Below are positions 49,397-59,689 of a DNA stretch of 64,000 bases, piece by piece. The notes below the pieces were generated by a model, which made no database searches, was not told the origin of the DNA, and worked only from the letters and a program-made list of their open reading frames with translations. Origin of the DNA: an uncultured Ruminococcus sp. (GTDB lineage: Bacteria; Bacillota; Clostridia; Oscillospirales; Ruminococcaceae); assembly GCA_937920725.1 (NCBI GenBank), contig CALEUW010000018.1, positions 123,447 to 187,446 on the forward strand. Reading direction: 5' to 3'. The position numbers and the translations under genes are program-made. Numbering within the stretch: the stretch's first letter is position 1; each line of letters begins with the position of its first letter.

Positions 49397-49632
49397 GTAA
49401 AACACCTCCATTTATATTATACACATCAAATAGGATAAATTCAACCTATATTATTAGATTTATAAAAAATTTTTATATGTATTGGAATGATACCATGGAA
49501 TAAGAAATAGAAGTAGCTTAAAAAATATGAGATAATAGTTTTGTTATACGTTAATTTTAGACGAACGGCTTTACAATTTGAAAAAATTGTGATAAAATAA
49601 CAATATTCTTAAAATTGAAAGGAGAGAGGATT

Positions 49633-50550
49633 ATGCCTATCAAAATACCGAATGGACTTCCGGCATATAAAACACTTGTCGAGGACAGAATTATGGTTAT
49701 TGATGATGAAAGAGCGACTCACCAGGATATACGACCGCTTGAAATAGTAATCCTCAATCTCATGCCTAAAAAGATTGAAACAGAAACTCAGCTTTTAAGG
49801 CTTTTGAGTAATACGCCTCTTCAAATTAATATTGAGCTTTTGCAGATGGCGAGCCACGATTCAAAAACAACGCCTCAAGAGCATATGCTCAAGTTTTATA
49901 CAACCTTTGAAAAGATCAAAGACAGATATTTTGACGGTTTGATAATTACAGGTGCTCCTGTTGAACAGCTTGATTTTGAGGAGGTCGATTATTGGGACGA
50001 AATATGTGAAATAATGGAATGGAGCAAATCTCATGTTTATTCAACTATTCACATATGCTGGGGCGCTCAGGCAGGTCTTTTTTATCATTACGGTGTAAAA
50101 AAATATCCGCTCGAGAAAAAGATGTTCGGAGTTTTTGAGCATAGCGTTTTAAATCCAAGACATCCGATTTTAAACGGATTTGACGACAAATTTTTAGTGC
50201 CGCATTCTAGGCATACTGAGGTTAGAAGAAGCGATATTGAAAAAGTTCCTGAGCTTGAAATACTTGCGGAGTCTGATATTGCAGGAGTCGATATTGTGGG
50301 GGACAAGTCGATGAGAAGATTTTTTATTCTCGGTCACAGTGAATATGACAAGAGAACTTTAGCAGACGAATATTTCAGAGATTTTGAAAAAGGACTTCCT
50401 ATAGATATACCTTACAACTATTTTCCTGATGACAATCCGAAAAATAAGCCTTTACATACATGGATATGTCACGCAAATCTAATGTTTTCAAACTGGCTGA
50501 ACTTTATAGTGTATCCGGGAACTCCGTTTGATTTAAATGAAATTGAATAG
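49633..50550 (+). CDS. metA: homoserine O-acyltransferase (MetA family; O-succinyl/acetyl)
   Basis: [22 protein letters not shown]...[23 protein letters not shown]...; RBS GGAGAGAGGA. Confidence 0.85.
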   Translation: MPIKIPNGLPAYKTLVEDRIMVIDDERATHQDIRPLEIVILNLMPKKIETETQLLRLLSNTPLQINIELLQMASHDSKTTPQEHMLKFYTTFEKIKDRYFDGLIITGAPVEQLDFEEVDYWDEICEIMEWSKSHVYSTIHICWGAQAGLFYHYGVKKYPLEKKMFGVFEHSVLNPRHPILNGFDDKFLVPHSRHTEVRRSDIEKVPELEILAESDIAGVDIVGDKSMRRFFILGHSEYDKRTLADEYFRDFEKGLPIDIPYNYFPDDNPKNKPLHTWICHANLMFSNWLNFIVYPGTPFDLNEIE

Positions 50551-50588
50551 AATGTTTGTTGTACAGCCGAATGTTTTTAGGCTGTTTG

Positions 50589-50780
50589 AGCGTGTCGGCA
50601 AAGCCGACAACGCTCCCTATGGGACAAACACACTTACTTCGACAGCTTCGCTCGTCTTGCTCTGCGTTTTTTCCCTAGGAAACCCCTTTTCGTCGAAAAT
50701 CGGCTCGCACCGCCGATTTTCTCTCAAGGTGTCGCTGCGTCGGCGCATGTCCGCCTACGCGACATTATTTTAAAAACATG
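50589..50780 (-). repeat. ~190-bp structured intergenic repeat, copy B (inverted orientation)
   Basis: The reverse complement matches 45030-45216. Same GAAAATCGGC/GCCGATTTTC hairpin, with GTCGGC-ttt-GCCGAC in place of GTCGAC-ttt-GTCGAC. Bracketed by near-duplicate hairpins CAGCCGaatgtttttaGGCTG (50565-50585) and CAGCTGaatgttttttCGGCTG (50803-50824). Confidence 0.6.
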
Positions 50781-50981
50781 CTTTTTCGACAAGCTGACAG
50801 CTGAATGTTTTTTCGGCTGTTTTTTTATGCTATAAAACACAAAAGGCAAAGATAACTTCTTGTATTTTGTAAAAAACCGCCTTTGACAAAATTCTTTAAA
50901 ACACAGGTTTATAATAAAAATAACTTTCCGCATATAAAGAGAAACAGACGGAAAAATTTTATAAAGACAGGTGTGTAAGGA

Positions 50982-53249
50982 ATGTTAAAAATGGAGACAA
51001 CTTTAAAAAACACGGAAAAGCTGCGCAGTTTTTCACTTGCAGGGATAACGATGATTTTAAGCTTTGTGGCAACGGGAGGGGAGCTGTTTTCTTTTCCGTC
51101 GCCGATAAATGTTATTATAGCGGCGCTTTGCGATAACTACGGGATTTTTTCTCTTGCGGCGTCGCTTTTGTCGTACATAATAAACGGAACTGTTTTTGAC
51201 GGGATAATAAATCTTTGTTCGATAGCAACTTTAATCGCTATACGACTTATAGCAAATCGCTCACAAGGTGAAACACATACAGTAACTGCTCTTATGGCCG
51301 CTTCTTCCTATCTGTTGTATTCGGCAATAATAAGTCTTGTTTCAAACAGTGAGCTTGAAGCTGTGCTTTACCGATTATTAAGCGCGTTTTTGATATTTTC
51401 AATTACATATTCAGTAAAAGTGTGTTATGAGAAGTATTCAAATAACGGTATGTTTGAAATGAATGGCAGAATAGGCGTTATGATAGCGCTTATATTTGTG
51501 ATTGCCGTTTCAACCTTAACGAGCGTATCAATTCTTGGAATTAATTTCGGAAGAGCTGTCGGCGTTGCTGTGATGCTGTTTGCGGCAAATAAATATAAGT
51601 ACATAGGAGGAGTTATTTACGGAGCGCTTTGCGCTGTTGGAGTAATCATATGCTCTCCTGAAATGGCGAAGAACACTCTGCTTTTAGCAGTAGCAGGGCT
51701 TATATGCGGAGCTTTTTCCTCCCTTGGAGTTGTTGCTGTGGTGATATCGCTGATAGTGAGTGCTGTAGGCGGAATATTTATAATGGGAACAAATGCTGAT
51801 TCCTTTAAGCTTCTGGCAGATATTATAGTAGGTGCAGTATTGTATTTATGCCTTCCCGATAATAAAATTCTTTCGGCATTCAGACTCGTAGGAGGAAAGC
51901 ATAAATCGCCTGAGCTTTCATGCCAAACGGCCGCTTCAAGACTGGAGTTTGCATCAAAAAATGTAAACGTCATAAGGGATCAGATATTAAGTGTTACGGA
52001 AGCATTGGAAAAGAAAATCGAACCTCCCGACTTATCAAAAGAAGTAAGAGTCTGTGTGTGCAGAGATTGCAGCAGATTCGCTTTATGCTGGGAACATAAT
52101 GCGTCCAGCGTTAAGAGCGCTTTTTTACAGCTTGCGATGCGGGCAAATTTAAACGGAGCAATAACGCTGGAGGACATAAGAAACAAGCATGGCGATTGCT
52201 GTAAAAAAGAGGTGTTGATGAGTTCTTATAATATGCTGTATATGAGTCTTCAGTATGAGCAGGACAGAAAGTATAAAATGAGTGAGATGAGAGAACTTCT
52301 ATGTTCACAGTTAAAAATTATGTCACAGCTCTTTGACGATCTTTCGGACGATACCAGACAACTAAACAAAATCGATGCTATGCTTTCGGACAGTATTGCC
52401 GATATTGTATACAGACAGGGAATTAAAAATGCCAAAATATGCGCTTATATTGATTCGTCAAACAGGCCAAAGGTAGAAATCTATCTTCCGAAAAGCTCTA
52501 AGCCTGATCTTGTAAAGCTTACAGTCGATATAGGAGAGGCAGCTTGTGCAGATTTCGATTTGCCGGTAGTAAGCTCAGCCGAAAATATGAAAAAGCTTGA
52601 GTTTACAACAAGACCGTATTATTCACTTGAGTGGGACGTTTTGTCTACAAGCGCTGTTTTCGGAGATTATTCGGGCGATTATTATGAATTTATAAAAACC
52701 TCCTCCAACAGACAGTTTATTGTTTTATCGGACGGAATGGGAACGGGAAAAAGCGCAAGACTCGATTCAATGTTTACTGTAAATCTTGTGTCAAGACTTC
52801 TTACAGGCGGTGCGTCTGCATCTACTGCCGCCGCATTGATAAATTCGGTTTTGAGGGTTAAAAGCTGGGAGGAAAGCTTCGCTACTCTTGACATAGCCGA
52901 TATAGATTTATCAACCGGAGCTTTAAGCGTTTTAAAGTGCGGAGCTGCTCTGAGCTATATTATAAGAAAGGGGAGCGTAACGGTCCTGGATGCAAAAACA
53001 TTTCCTCTGGGAATTTTATCCGGCGCTACTCCTGAAACTGTAAGCATTAAGCTTGAGAGAGATGATATTTTGCTTATATGCTCTGACGGTATATCAAGAA
53101 GAGAAATAGAGAATGCTGTTTCAAGCAAAAAGTCTGTAAACAAAAGAACTCCAAAAGAAATAATACGAATGATAACAGATGAAATAAGTATGAAAAAGGC
53201 AAATGCTAAACCGGACGATGTAACTGTAATCGCTGTAAAGATAGTTTGA
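50982..53249 (+). CDS. spoIIE: stage II sporulation protein E (membrane PP2C phosphatase)
   Basis: About 10 N-terminal TM segments plus a C-terminal PP2C domain (...FIVLSDGMGTG...DDVTVIAVKI). Confidence 0.85.
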   Translation: MLKMETTLKNTEKLRSFSLAGITMILSFVATGGELFSFPSPINVIIAALCDNYGIFSLAASLLSYIINGTVFDGIINLCSIATLIAIRLIANRSQGETHTVTALMAASSYLLYSAIISLVSNSELEAVLYRLLSAFLIFSITYSVKVCYEKYSNNGMFEMNGRIGVMIALIFVIAVSTLTSVSILGINFGRAVGVAVMLFAANKYKYIGGVIYGALCAVGVIICSPEMAKNTLLLAVAGLICGAFSSLGVVAVVISLIVSAVGGIFIMGTNADSFKLLADIIVGAVLYLCLPDNKILSAFRLVGGKHKSPELSCQTAASRLEFASKNVNVIRDQILSVTEALEKKIEPPDLSKEVRVCVCRDCSRFALCWEHNASSVKSAFLQLAMRANLNGAITLEDIRNKHGDCCKKEVLMSSYNMLYMSLQYEQDRKYKMSEMRELLCSQLKIMSQLFDDLSDDTRQLNKIDAMLSDSIADIVYRQGIKNAKICAYIDSSNRPKVEIYLPKSSKPDLVKLTVDIGEAACADFDLPVVSSAENMKKLEFTTRPYYSLEWDVLSTSAVFGDYSGDYYEFIKTSSNRQFIVLSDGMGTGKSARLDSMFTVNLVSRLLTGGASASTAAALINSVLRVKSWEESFATLDIADIDLSTGALSVLKCGAALSYIIRKGSVTVLDAKTFPLGILSGATPETVSIKLERDDILLICSDGISRREIENAVSSKKSVNKRTPKEIIRMITDEISMKKANAKPDDVTVIAVKIV

Positions 53250-53432
53250 TGTGCTTTTGTTTTAATTAAATCGGTCTTTAAACATCGGCAAAAGCAATAT
53301 ATGTACTGTGTGATTTCGCTCTGTTTTTCTTTGAAAAGCATAAATAGTTTGCTGATTACAAGAAATTGTTGTCATTTTACACAAATTTGCGTGGTAAATT
53401 ATGTGCGATTTGGAAAATATGAATAAAAACTA

Positions 53433-53461
53433 TTGCAAATACTGTGAAAAAGATGTACAAT
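53433..53461 (+). promoter_or_regulatory. sigma-A-like promoter (TTGCAA-17-TACAAT) of the glg operon
   Basis: ttgcaaatactgtgaaaaagatgtacaat. Confidence 0.45.
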
Positions 53462-53540
53462 ATATAACAACGGATATGTCCCCGTCTTTAAGGCGGCGGA
53501 CAACTTAATCTTTAAGTGGGAAACAATCCCCCACTGAAAG

Positions 53541-53598
53541 ACTAAGGGGCTTAAGCCCGGTCGTTTGTTGAATGACGGGGCGTTGCCCCTTATTGAAA
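53541..53598 (+). promoter_or_regulatory. conserved structured 5' leader element, copy 2 (upstream of glgB)
   Basis: actaaggggcttaagcccggtcgtttgttgaatgacggggcgttgccccttattg; see copy 1 at 21555-21618. Confidence 0.45.
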
Positions 53599-53625
53599 GT
53601 GATATAAAAAGTTGGAGGAATGTTC

Positions 53626-55641
53626 ATGTCCGGTAATTATAATGATAATTATGATTTTCCGATGATGCTTTTTCATGAGGGAAAAAATTGTCAGTGCGGT
53701 GATTTTTTCGGTTTGCACGAGGGTGAGCTTGACGGGGAAAAAGGTCATTTTTTCAGAGTTTGGGCGCCTCATGCGACATCAGTAAGTGTTGTCGGTGATT
53801 TTAATAATTGGGACGAAACTAAAAACGTTATGATACGCCTCAAAGACAACGAGGTTTGGGAAGGCTTTGTTTCGGGCCTTAAGGAATACGATTTGTATAA
53901 GTACTGCATAACTGCAAGTAACGGAGATAAGCTGTTAAAAGCCGATCCTTACGGAACGCATATGCAGACTCCTCCTGAAACGGCGTCAAAAGTCTATTCT
54001 ATTGATGGCTTTAAATGGACAGATTCAAAGTATATGAAAGCCAGGGAGAAGAAGGATATATACAAAAGTCCTATGAACATTTATGAGGTTCATTTTAACT
54101 CATGGAAACAATATCCTGACGGTAATTTCTATACATACAGTAAATTTGCTGAAGAAATGATACCATATATGACTGAAATGGGGTATACTCATATTGAGTT
54201 TATGCCTCTGTCCGAATATCCTTATGACGGTTCGTGGGGATATCAGCAGATGGGATATTTTGCACCGACTTCAAGGTTTGGAACTCCGAAGGATTTTATG
54301 GAAATGATAAACGATTTTCACAATGCGGGAATCGGCGTAATTTTGGATTGGGTTCCGGCACATTTCCCGAAGGATGCAGCGGGACTGTCTGATTTTGACG
54401 GTTCTGCGTGTTATGAGTATTCTGATTGGCGAAAGGGAGAGCATAAGTCGTGGGGAACAAAAGTATTTGATTACGGAAAAAATGAGGTCGTTTCATTCCT
54501 GATTTCAAATGCGGTTTACTGGCTTGAAAAATATCATATTGACGGCTTGCGTGTTGATGCAGTAGCATCAATGCTATATCTTGATTATGACAGAAAGGAT
54601 GGAGAATGGCTGCCAAACAAAAACGGCGGAAATGAAAATCTTGAAGCTATTGAGTTTTTTAAAAAGCTTAACTCAGTTGTGTTTGAAAGATTTCCGAATG
54701 CCCTGATGATTGCGGAAGAATCTACGGCGTGGCCTATGGTTACGAAGCCTGCAAACATAGGCGGACTTGGATTTAATTTCAAGTGGAATATGGGCTGGAT
54801 GAACGATATGCTCAAATATATGTCGCTTGATCCTATTCACAGAGCCTTTCATCATAACGCATTGACATTTTCATTTTTCTATGCGTTTTCCGAAAACTTT
54901 GTGCTCCCTATTTCACATGACGAAGTAGTTCACGGAAAGGGTTCTCTTGTAAACAAGATGTTTGGTGATACTGACCAAAAGTTTGCACAGGCAAAGACTT
55001 TTCTCGGCTTTATGATGGCACATCCTGGAAAGAAGCTTTTGTTTATGGGAAGCGAATTTGCTCAGTTCCGTGAGTGGGATTACGAAAACGGTCTTGAGTG
55101 GTTTATGATTGAGGAATATGAAAATCACAGGAATTTCCATGACTTTGTTAAAAATCTGAATAAGTTTTATCTTGATAATTCACCTCTTTGGGAGATAGAT
55201 TTTTCGTGGGAAGGATTTTCATGGATCTCAAATGACGATTATACACAGAGCATTATAGTGTTTAGACGAATTGATGAAAAGGGTAATGAGATTATCGTTG
55301 TTTGTAATTTTGTTCCCGTTTCAAGGGTTAATTATTCATTTGGAGTTCCGTATAAAGGAACGTATACTGAAGTGTTTAATACTGCGTCTTATGACGGAAC
55401 GCCGTATCTTAACAAGAAAACGAAGAGTAAAGCTGTTCCTATGCACGGATATGACAATTCTATAACGATTGATATTCCTGCATATTCGACAATGTATTTT
55501 AAATACGAAAAGCCAAAACGGGGAGCAAAAAAAGCAGTATCTTCGGATAAAAAGACGACAGTCGGCAAAAATAGTAATACAAAAACTGCGGCTAAAAAAA
55601 CGGCTGCAAAGGCAGAAAATAAAAGTAAAAAAATTAATTAA
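53626..55641 (+). CDS. glgB: 1,4-alpha-glucan branching enzyme
   Basis: ...[21 protein letters not shown]...GH13 catalytic core ...[13 protein letters not shown]..., with a K-rich C-terminal tail. GGAGG lies 7 nt upstream of ATG 53626. Confidence 0.9.
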   Translation: MSGNYNDNYDFPMMLFHEGKNCQCGDFFGLHEGELDGEKGHFFRVWAPHATSVSVVGDFNNWDETKNVMIRLKDNEVWEGFVSGLKEYDLYKYCITASNGDKLLKADPYGTHMQTPPETASKVYSIDGFKWTDSKYMKAREKKDIYKSPMNIYEVHFNSWKQYPDGNFYTYSKFAEEMIPYMTEMGYTHIEFMPLSEYPYDGSWGYQQMGYFAPTSRFGTPKDFMEMINDFHNAGIGVILDWVPAHFPKDAAGLSDFDGSACYEYSDWRKGEHKSWGTKVFDYGKNEVVSFLISNAVYWLEKYHIDGLRVDAVASMLYLDYDRKDGEWLPNKNGGNENLEAIEFFKKLNSVVFERFPNALMIAEESTAWPMVTKPANIGGLGFNFKWNMGWMNDMLKYMSLDPIHRAFHHNALTFSFFYAFSENFVLPISHDEVVHGKGSLVNKMFGDTDQKFAQAKTFLGFMMAHPGKKLLFMGSEFAQFREWDYENGLEWFMIEEYENHRNFHDFVKNLNKFYLDNSPLWEIDFSWEGFSWISNDDYTQSIIVFRRIDEKGNEIIVVCNFVPVSRVNYSFGVPYKGTYTEVFNTASYDGTPYLNKKTKSKAVPMHGYDNSITIDIPAYSTMYFKYEKPKRGAKKAVSSDKKTTVGKNSNTKTAAKKTAAKAENKSKKIN

Positions 55642-55666
55642 TATAAATAACTTAGGCGGTGATCTG

Positions 55667-56875
55667 ATGATTAACAAAAAAGAAATTGTTGCAATGCTTT
55701 TGGCAGGTGGACAGGGAAGCCGTTTGTATGCACTGACAAAGCAGATTGCAAAACCTGCAGTTCCATATGGAGGAAAGTATAGAATCATTGATTTTCCTTT
55801 ATCAAACTGTATAAATTCGGGTATAGATACAGTAGGTGTGCTTACTCAGTATCAGCCTTTGGCAATGAACGACTATATAGGAAATGGTCAGCCTTGGGAT
55901 CTTGACCGAAATAACGGAGGAGTACACATTCTTGCGCCGTATCAGTCGCAAAGAGGTGCTGAATGGTATGCCGGCACGGCAAATGCAATTTACCAGAATC
56001 TTTCTTTTATGGAAAGATATGATCCTGAGTATGTTGTGATTTTGTCCGGTGATCACATTTATAAGATGGATTACAGCGAAATGCTTAAGTACCACAAGGA
56101 GAAAAATGCTGACTGTACGATTGCAGTTTTAGACGTTGACCTTGAGGAAGCTTCACGTTTCGGAATTATGTTTGCAAAAGATGACGGAGAAATATATGAC
56201 TTCGTAGAAAAGCCTAAAGAGCCGAAGAGTACGCTGGCTTCTATGGGAATTTACATTTTCTCTTTTGATGTTTTGAAAAAGTATCTTACAGACAACGAAA
56301 ATGATAAGCGTGAAGACAATGCCAAAGATTTCGGAAAAGACATAATTCCTATGATGCTTGCTGACAATAAACGTCTTTTTGCATATCGTTTTGAAGGATA
56401 CTGGAAGGACGTAGGAACTATAGACAGCTTGTGGGAAGCTAATATGGACCTTATAAATCCAAACATTCCTATAGACCTCTATGATCCTACATGGAAGATT
56501 TATTCAAGAAATCCTGTAATGCCGCCGCAGAGCATCGGAAAGAATGCGAAGATACAAAACTCAATGGTAACAGAGGGCTGTGTTATTGACGGAACAGTTG
56601 ATTTTTCAATGATTTCTGACGGTGTTACAATCGAAGAGGGCGCAACTGTAACTGATTCTATCCTAATGCCGGGAAGCGTTGTAAAGACAGGTGCAGTTGT
56701 TGAATATGCAATAATCGGAGAACGATCTGTTATCAGTGAAAACGCAAAAGTCGGAGCAAGGCCTGAAAATGTTGAGAACAGAGATGAATGGGGTATTGCG
56801 GTTGTAGGACATGAGATAACGATTTCTGAAGGAACTGTTGTTGTGCCTAAGGAAATTGTAGGCGAAAACAAGTAA
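55667..56875 (+). CDS. glgC: glucose-1-phosphate adenylyltransferase
   Basis: ...[45 protein letters not shown]... The track ORF from 55469 is an in-frame upstream extension overlapping glgB. Confidence 0.9.
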   Translation: MINKKEIVAMLLAGGQGSRLYALTKQIAKPAVPYGGKYRIIDFPLSNCINSGIDTVGVLTQYQPLAMNDYIGNGQPWDLDRNNGGVHILAPYQSQRGAEWYAGTANAIYQNLSFMERYDPEYVVILSGDHIYKMDYSEMLKYHKEKNADCTIAVLDVDLEEASRFGIMFAKDDGEIYDFVEKPKEPKSTLASMGIYIFSFDVLKKYLTDNENDKREDNAKDFGKDIIPMMLADNKRLFAYRFEGYWKDVGTIDSLWEANMDLINPNIPIDLYDPTWKIYSRNPVMPPQSIGKNAKIQNSMVTEGCVIDGTVDFSMISDGVTIEEGATVTDSILMPGSVVKTGAVVEYAIIGERSVISENAKVGARPENVENRDEWGIAVVGHEITISEGTVVVPKEIVGENK

Positions 56876-56889
56876 AGGAGGGGAAGGAT

Positions 56890-58017
56890 ATGTCAATTAA
56901 TATGAAAAATGTTTTGGGAATCGTTTTTGCTAATATGCATGATATGACTGTCGAGTCCCTTACTCAAAAAAGAACGATGGGTTCTATCCTATTCGGCGGA
57001 AGATACAGACTTATAGATTTCCCACTGTCAAATATGGTGAACAGCGGAATTTCAAATATAGGTGTTGTAACAAAGCACAATTATCAGTCGCTTTTAGATC
57101 ATATGGGAAACGGAAGATCATGGGATCTTGCGAGAAAAACAGGTGGACTTCATATTCTTCCGCCGTTCGGTAATAACGAAAGCACACTTTACAGAGGAAG
57201 GCTTGAAGCTTTATACGGAGCAATAAGCTTCATCACTCATGCCCCTCAGGATTATGTTTTAATGAGCGACTGTGACGTAATTGCAAATATAGATTACAGA
57301 CCTATCGTTGATTTTCACGAAAAGAGCGGAGCTGACATAACTGTTGTCACAAGCACAGGCAAGCTTAACTCATACGAAACAAAACAGGGAACTTTTATGA
57401 CAGTTGACAGTCGTGGGCGAGTTCAGGAGGTTCTTATTCATAGTGGTCTTGAGGGAACGGGAGCATTAAACCTCAATATGTATGTTGTTAAAAAAGATTT
57501 ACTTATTGACATCATTATGTCTTATACAGCAAAGGGAATGTACAGCTTTGAAAGAGATGTTTTGCAGGCTAAAAAGAACGAGCTTAAGATAATGGCGTAT
57601 GATTATCAGGGCTATTATAAACAGATCTGCAGTATCCTTTCTTACTATCATGCCAATATGGAGCTTTTAGACGTTAAAAATTCCAAGCAGCTTTTTAATA
57701 TGAATTCTCCGATTTACACAAAGCTAAAGGACAATGCACCTTCAAAATACGGTCTTGACAGCAAAGTTACAAATTCGCTGATCGCTGACGGATGTGTAAT
57801 AGACGGTGAGGTTGAAAACTGCATCTTGTTCAGAGGCGTAAAAATAGGAAAAGGCTCGGTTGTTAAGAATTCTATTCTGATGCAGGATACTGTTGTAGGT
57901 GAAAACGCAACGATTGACTATGCGATAACCGATAAAAATGTTGTTGTAGACGATGAAAGAAGCCTTTCAAGCTCGGAAACTTTCCCTATATATGTAGCGA
58001 AGTATGCAAAAGTATAG
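56890..58017 (+). CDS. glgD: glucose-1-phosphate adenylyltransferase regulatory subunit GlgD
   Basis: ...LGIVFANMHDMTVESLTQKRTMGSILFGGRYRLIDFPLSNMVNSGI... Confidence 0.85.
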   Translation: MSINMKNVLGIVFANMHDMTVESLTQKRTMGSILFGGRYRLIDFPLSNMVNSGISNIGVVTKHNYQSLLDHMGNGRSWDLARKTGGLHILPPFGNNESTLYRGRLEALYGAISFITHAPQDYVLMSDCDVIANIDYRPIVDFHEKSGADITVVTSTGKLNSYETKQGTFMTVDSRGRVQEVLIHSGLEGTGALNLNMYVVKKDLLIDIIMSYTAKGMYSFERDVLQAKKNELKIMAYDYQGYYKQICSILSYYHANMELLDVKNSKQLFNMNSPIYTKLKDNAPSKYGLDSKVTNSLIADGCVIDGEVENCILFRGVKIGKGSVVKNSILMQDTVVGENATIDYAITDKNVVVDDERSLSSSETFPIYVAKYAKV

Positions 58018-58124
58018 TGCCGATCGTTAAATTGAAAATTATCGGCAAAGGCTTCATCAAATACTTGTGTTGATGAAGCTTTTGTGTTATGATAAGGTTA
58101 TCAAATAAAGAAAAGGGGATATTT

Positions 58125-59546
58125 ATGAATATTTTATATACAGCGTCAGAAGCTCTCCCTTATATTGCATCGGGCGGACTTGCAGATGTTGCAGGATCTC
58201 TTCCGGCGGCGATTAATGCACAGGGACATGATTGCAGAGTTGTTATTCCAATGTACGGACAGATAAAGCAGGAGCTAAAGGAAGGCCTTACTTTTTTGAC
58301 TAATTTTACAGTTCCTGTCGCATGGAGAAATCAGTATTGCGGAGTGTTTGTGGGAAATATAAACGGAGTTACATATTATCTGTTAGATAATGAATATTAT
58401 TTCGGAAGAAATGGTCTTTACGGCTTTTATGATGATGCAGAGAGATATGTTTTTTTCTCTCGTGCGGTTTTGGAGCTTATTCGTTATATTGACTTTAAGC
58501 CGAATGTTATAAATGCAAACGATTGGCAGACGGCTTTAGTTCCCGTTTACTACGACATTTTTTACAGATATCAGTCAGGTTACGAGGATATAAAAACGGT
58601 ATTTACAATTCATAACATTCAGTATCAGGGAAGATACGGACTTGATCTTATCGGGGATATTATGGGTATTCCGCTTTATCATACCGACCTGCTTTCTTAT
58701 GACGGTGATGTAAACTTCATGAAGGCGGCAATTGAGGTTTCCGATAAAGTTACAACTGTTTCTCCTACGTATGCTTGGGAGATTTTAGATCCTTGGTATT
58801 CTCACGGCCTTGACAGAGCGCTTGCAGGAAAACAGTATAAGCTATGTGGATTTTTAAACGGAATTGATCAAAATATTTACAATCCGGAAACTGATCCGAT
58901 CATAGCCAGAAATTACGGACTTAATAATAAGATGGGTAAAAAGGTTTGTAAGAGGGCTCTTTGTGAGGAAATGGGAATTTCTGACGGAAAAGAACCTGTT
59001 ATCGGAATAGTTACAAGGTTTGTTTCCCATAAGGGACTTGATCTTATAAAATATGTCTTTGAGGATATTGTTAATTTAGGATATAAATTTGCTATTTTGG
59101 GAAGCGGAGAAAAGGTTTACGAGGATTTCTTTACTGAAATGAGCTATCGCTATCCGGACAGAGTCGGAGTTAAAATAGGATTTATTCCTGCACTTTCAAA
59201 GAAAATATATGCCGGTGCGGATATGTTTTTAATGCCATCGCAAAGCGAGCCTTGCGGACTTGCTCAGATGATTTCTCTCAGATACGGCACAATTCCTATC
59301 GTAAGAGAAACGGGAGGACTTAAGGACTCTATCCAAGACGCAGGAGATCCTAACGGACAGCTCCTGGGCAACGGATTTACATTCAAAACCTACAACGCTC
59401 ATGATATGCTTGACGCCTGTGCAAGAGCGAGAGGATATTATGACAATAAGATGAAATGGGGAAGACTTGTAAACAATGCGTTTAAGCAGGACTTCAGCTG
59501 GGAAAAATCGGCGAAGCTTTATATCGGCTTATACGAAAATATGTAA
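58125..59546 (+). CDS. glgA: glycogen synthase
   Basis: MNILYTASEALPYIASGGLADVAGSLP... Confidence 0.9.
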   Translation: MNILYTASEALPYIASGGLADVAGSLPAAINAQGHDCRVVIPMYGQIKQELKEGLTFLTNFTVPVAWRNQYCGVFVGNINGVTYYLLDNEYYFGRNGLYGFYDDAERYVFFSRAVLELIRYIDFKPNVINANDWQTALVPVYYDIFYRYQSGYEDIKTVFTIHNIQYQGRYGLDLIGDIMGIPLYHTDLLSYDGDVNFMKAAIEVSDKVTTVSPTYAWEILDPWYSHGLDRALAGKQYKLCGFLNGIDQNIYNPETDPIIARNYGLNNKMGKKVCKRALCEEMGISDGKEPVIGIVTRFVSHKGLDLIKYVFEDIVNLGYKFAILGSGEKVYEDFFTEMSYRYPDRVGVKIGFIPALSKKIYAGADMFLMPSQSEPCGLAQMISLRYGTIPIVRETGGLKDSIQDAGDPNGQLLGNGFTFKTYNAHDMLDACARARGYYDNKMKWGRLVNNAFKQDFSWEKSAKLYIGLYENM

Positions 59547-59641
59547 TAAGAATCGGTGAACAGAGAAATATATCGCCGAGGTTTTAAAATTTTATAAAAA
59601 ATTGAATAGTTTAGCTTGCAGTGACAAAACTGAATACAAAT

Positions 59642-59676
59642 AGCCTGAGTTTATCGGGCTGTTTGTATTATTTTTT
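59642..59676 (+). terminator. intrinsic terminator after glgA
   Basis: agcctga...tcgggct hairpin followed by a T-rich run. Confidence 0.55.
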
Positions 59677-59689
59677 AGGAGACGTTTAA

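Noticed and set aside
55469-55666. Upstream in-frame extension of glgC overlapping the glgB 3' end (track ORF 55469..56875).
   Set aside because: The extension is K/R-rich junk read in another frame of the glgB tail. The conserved GlgC N-terminus ([20 protein letters not shown]) starts at ATG 55667 with an upstream purine-rich SD.
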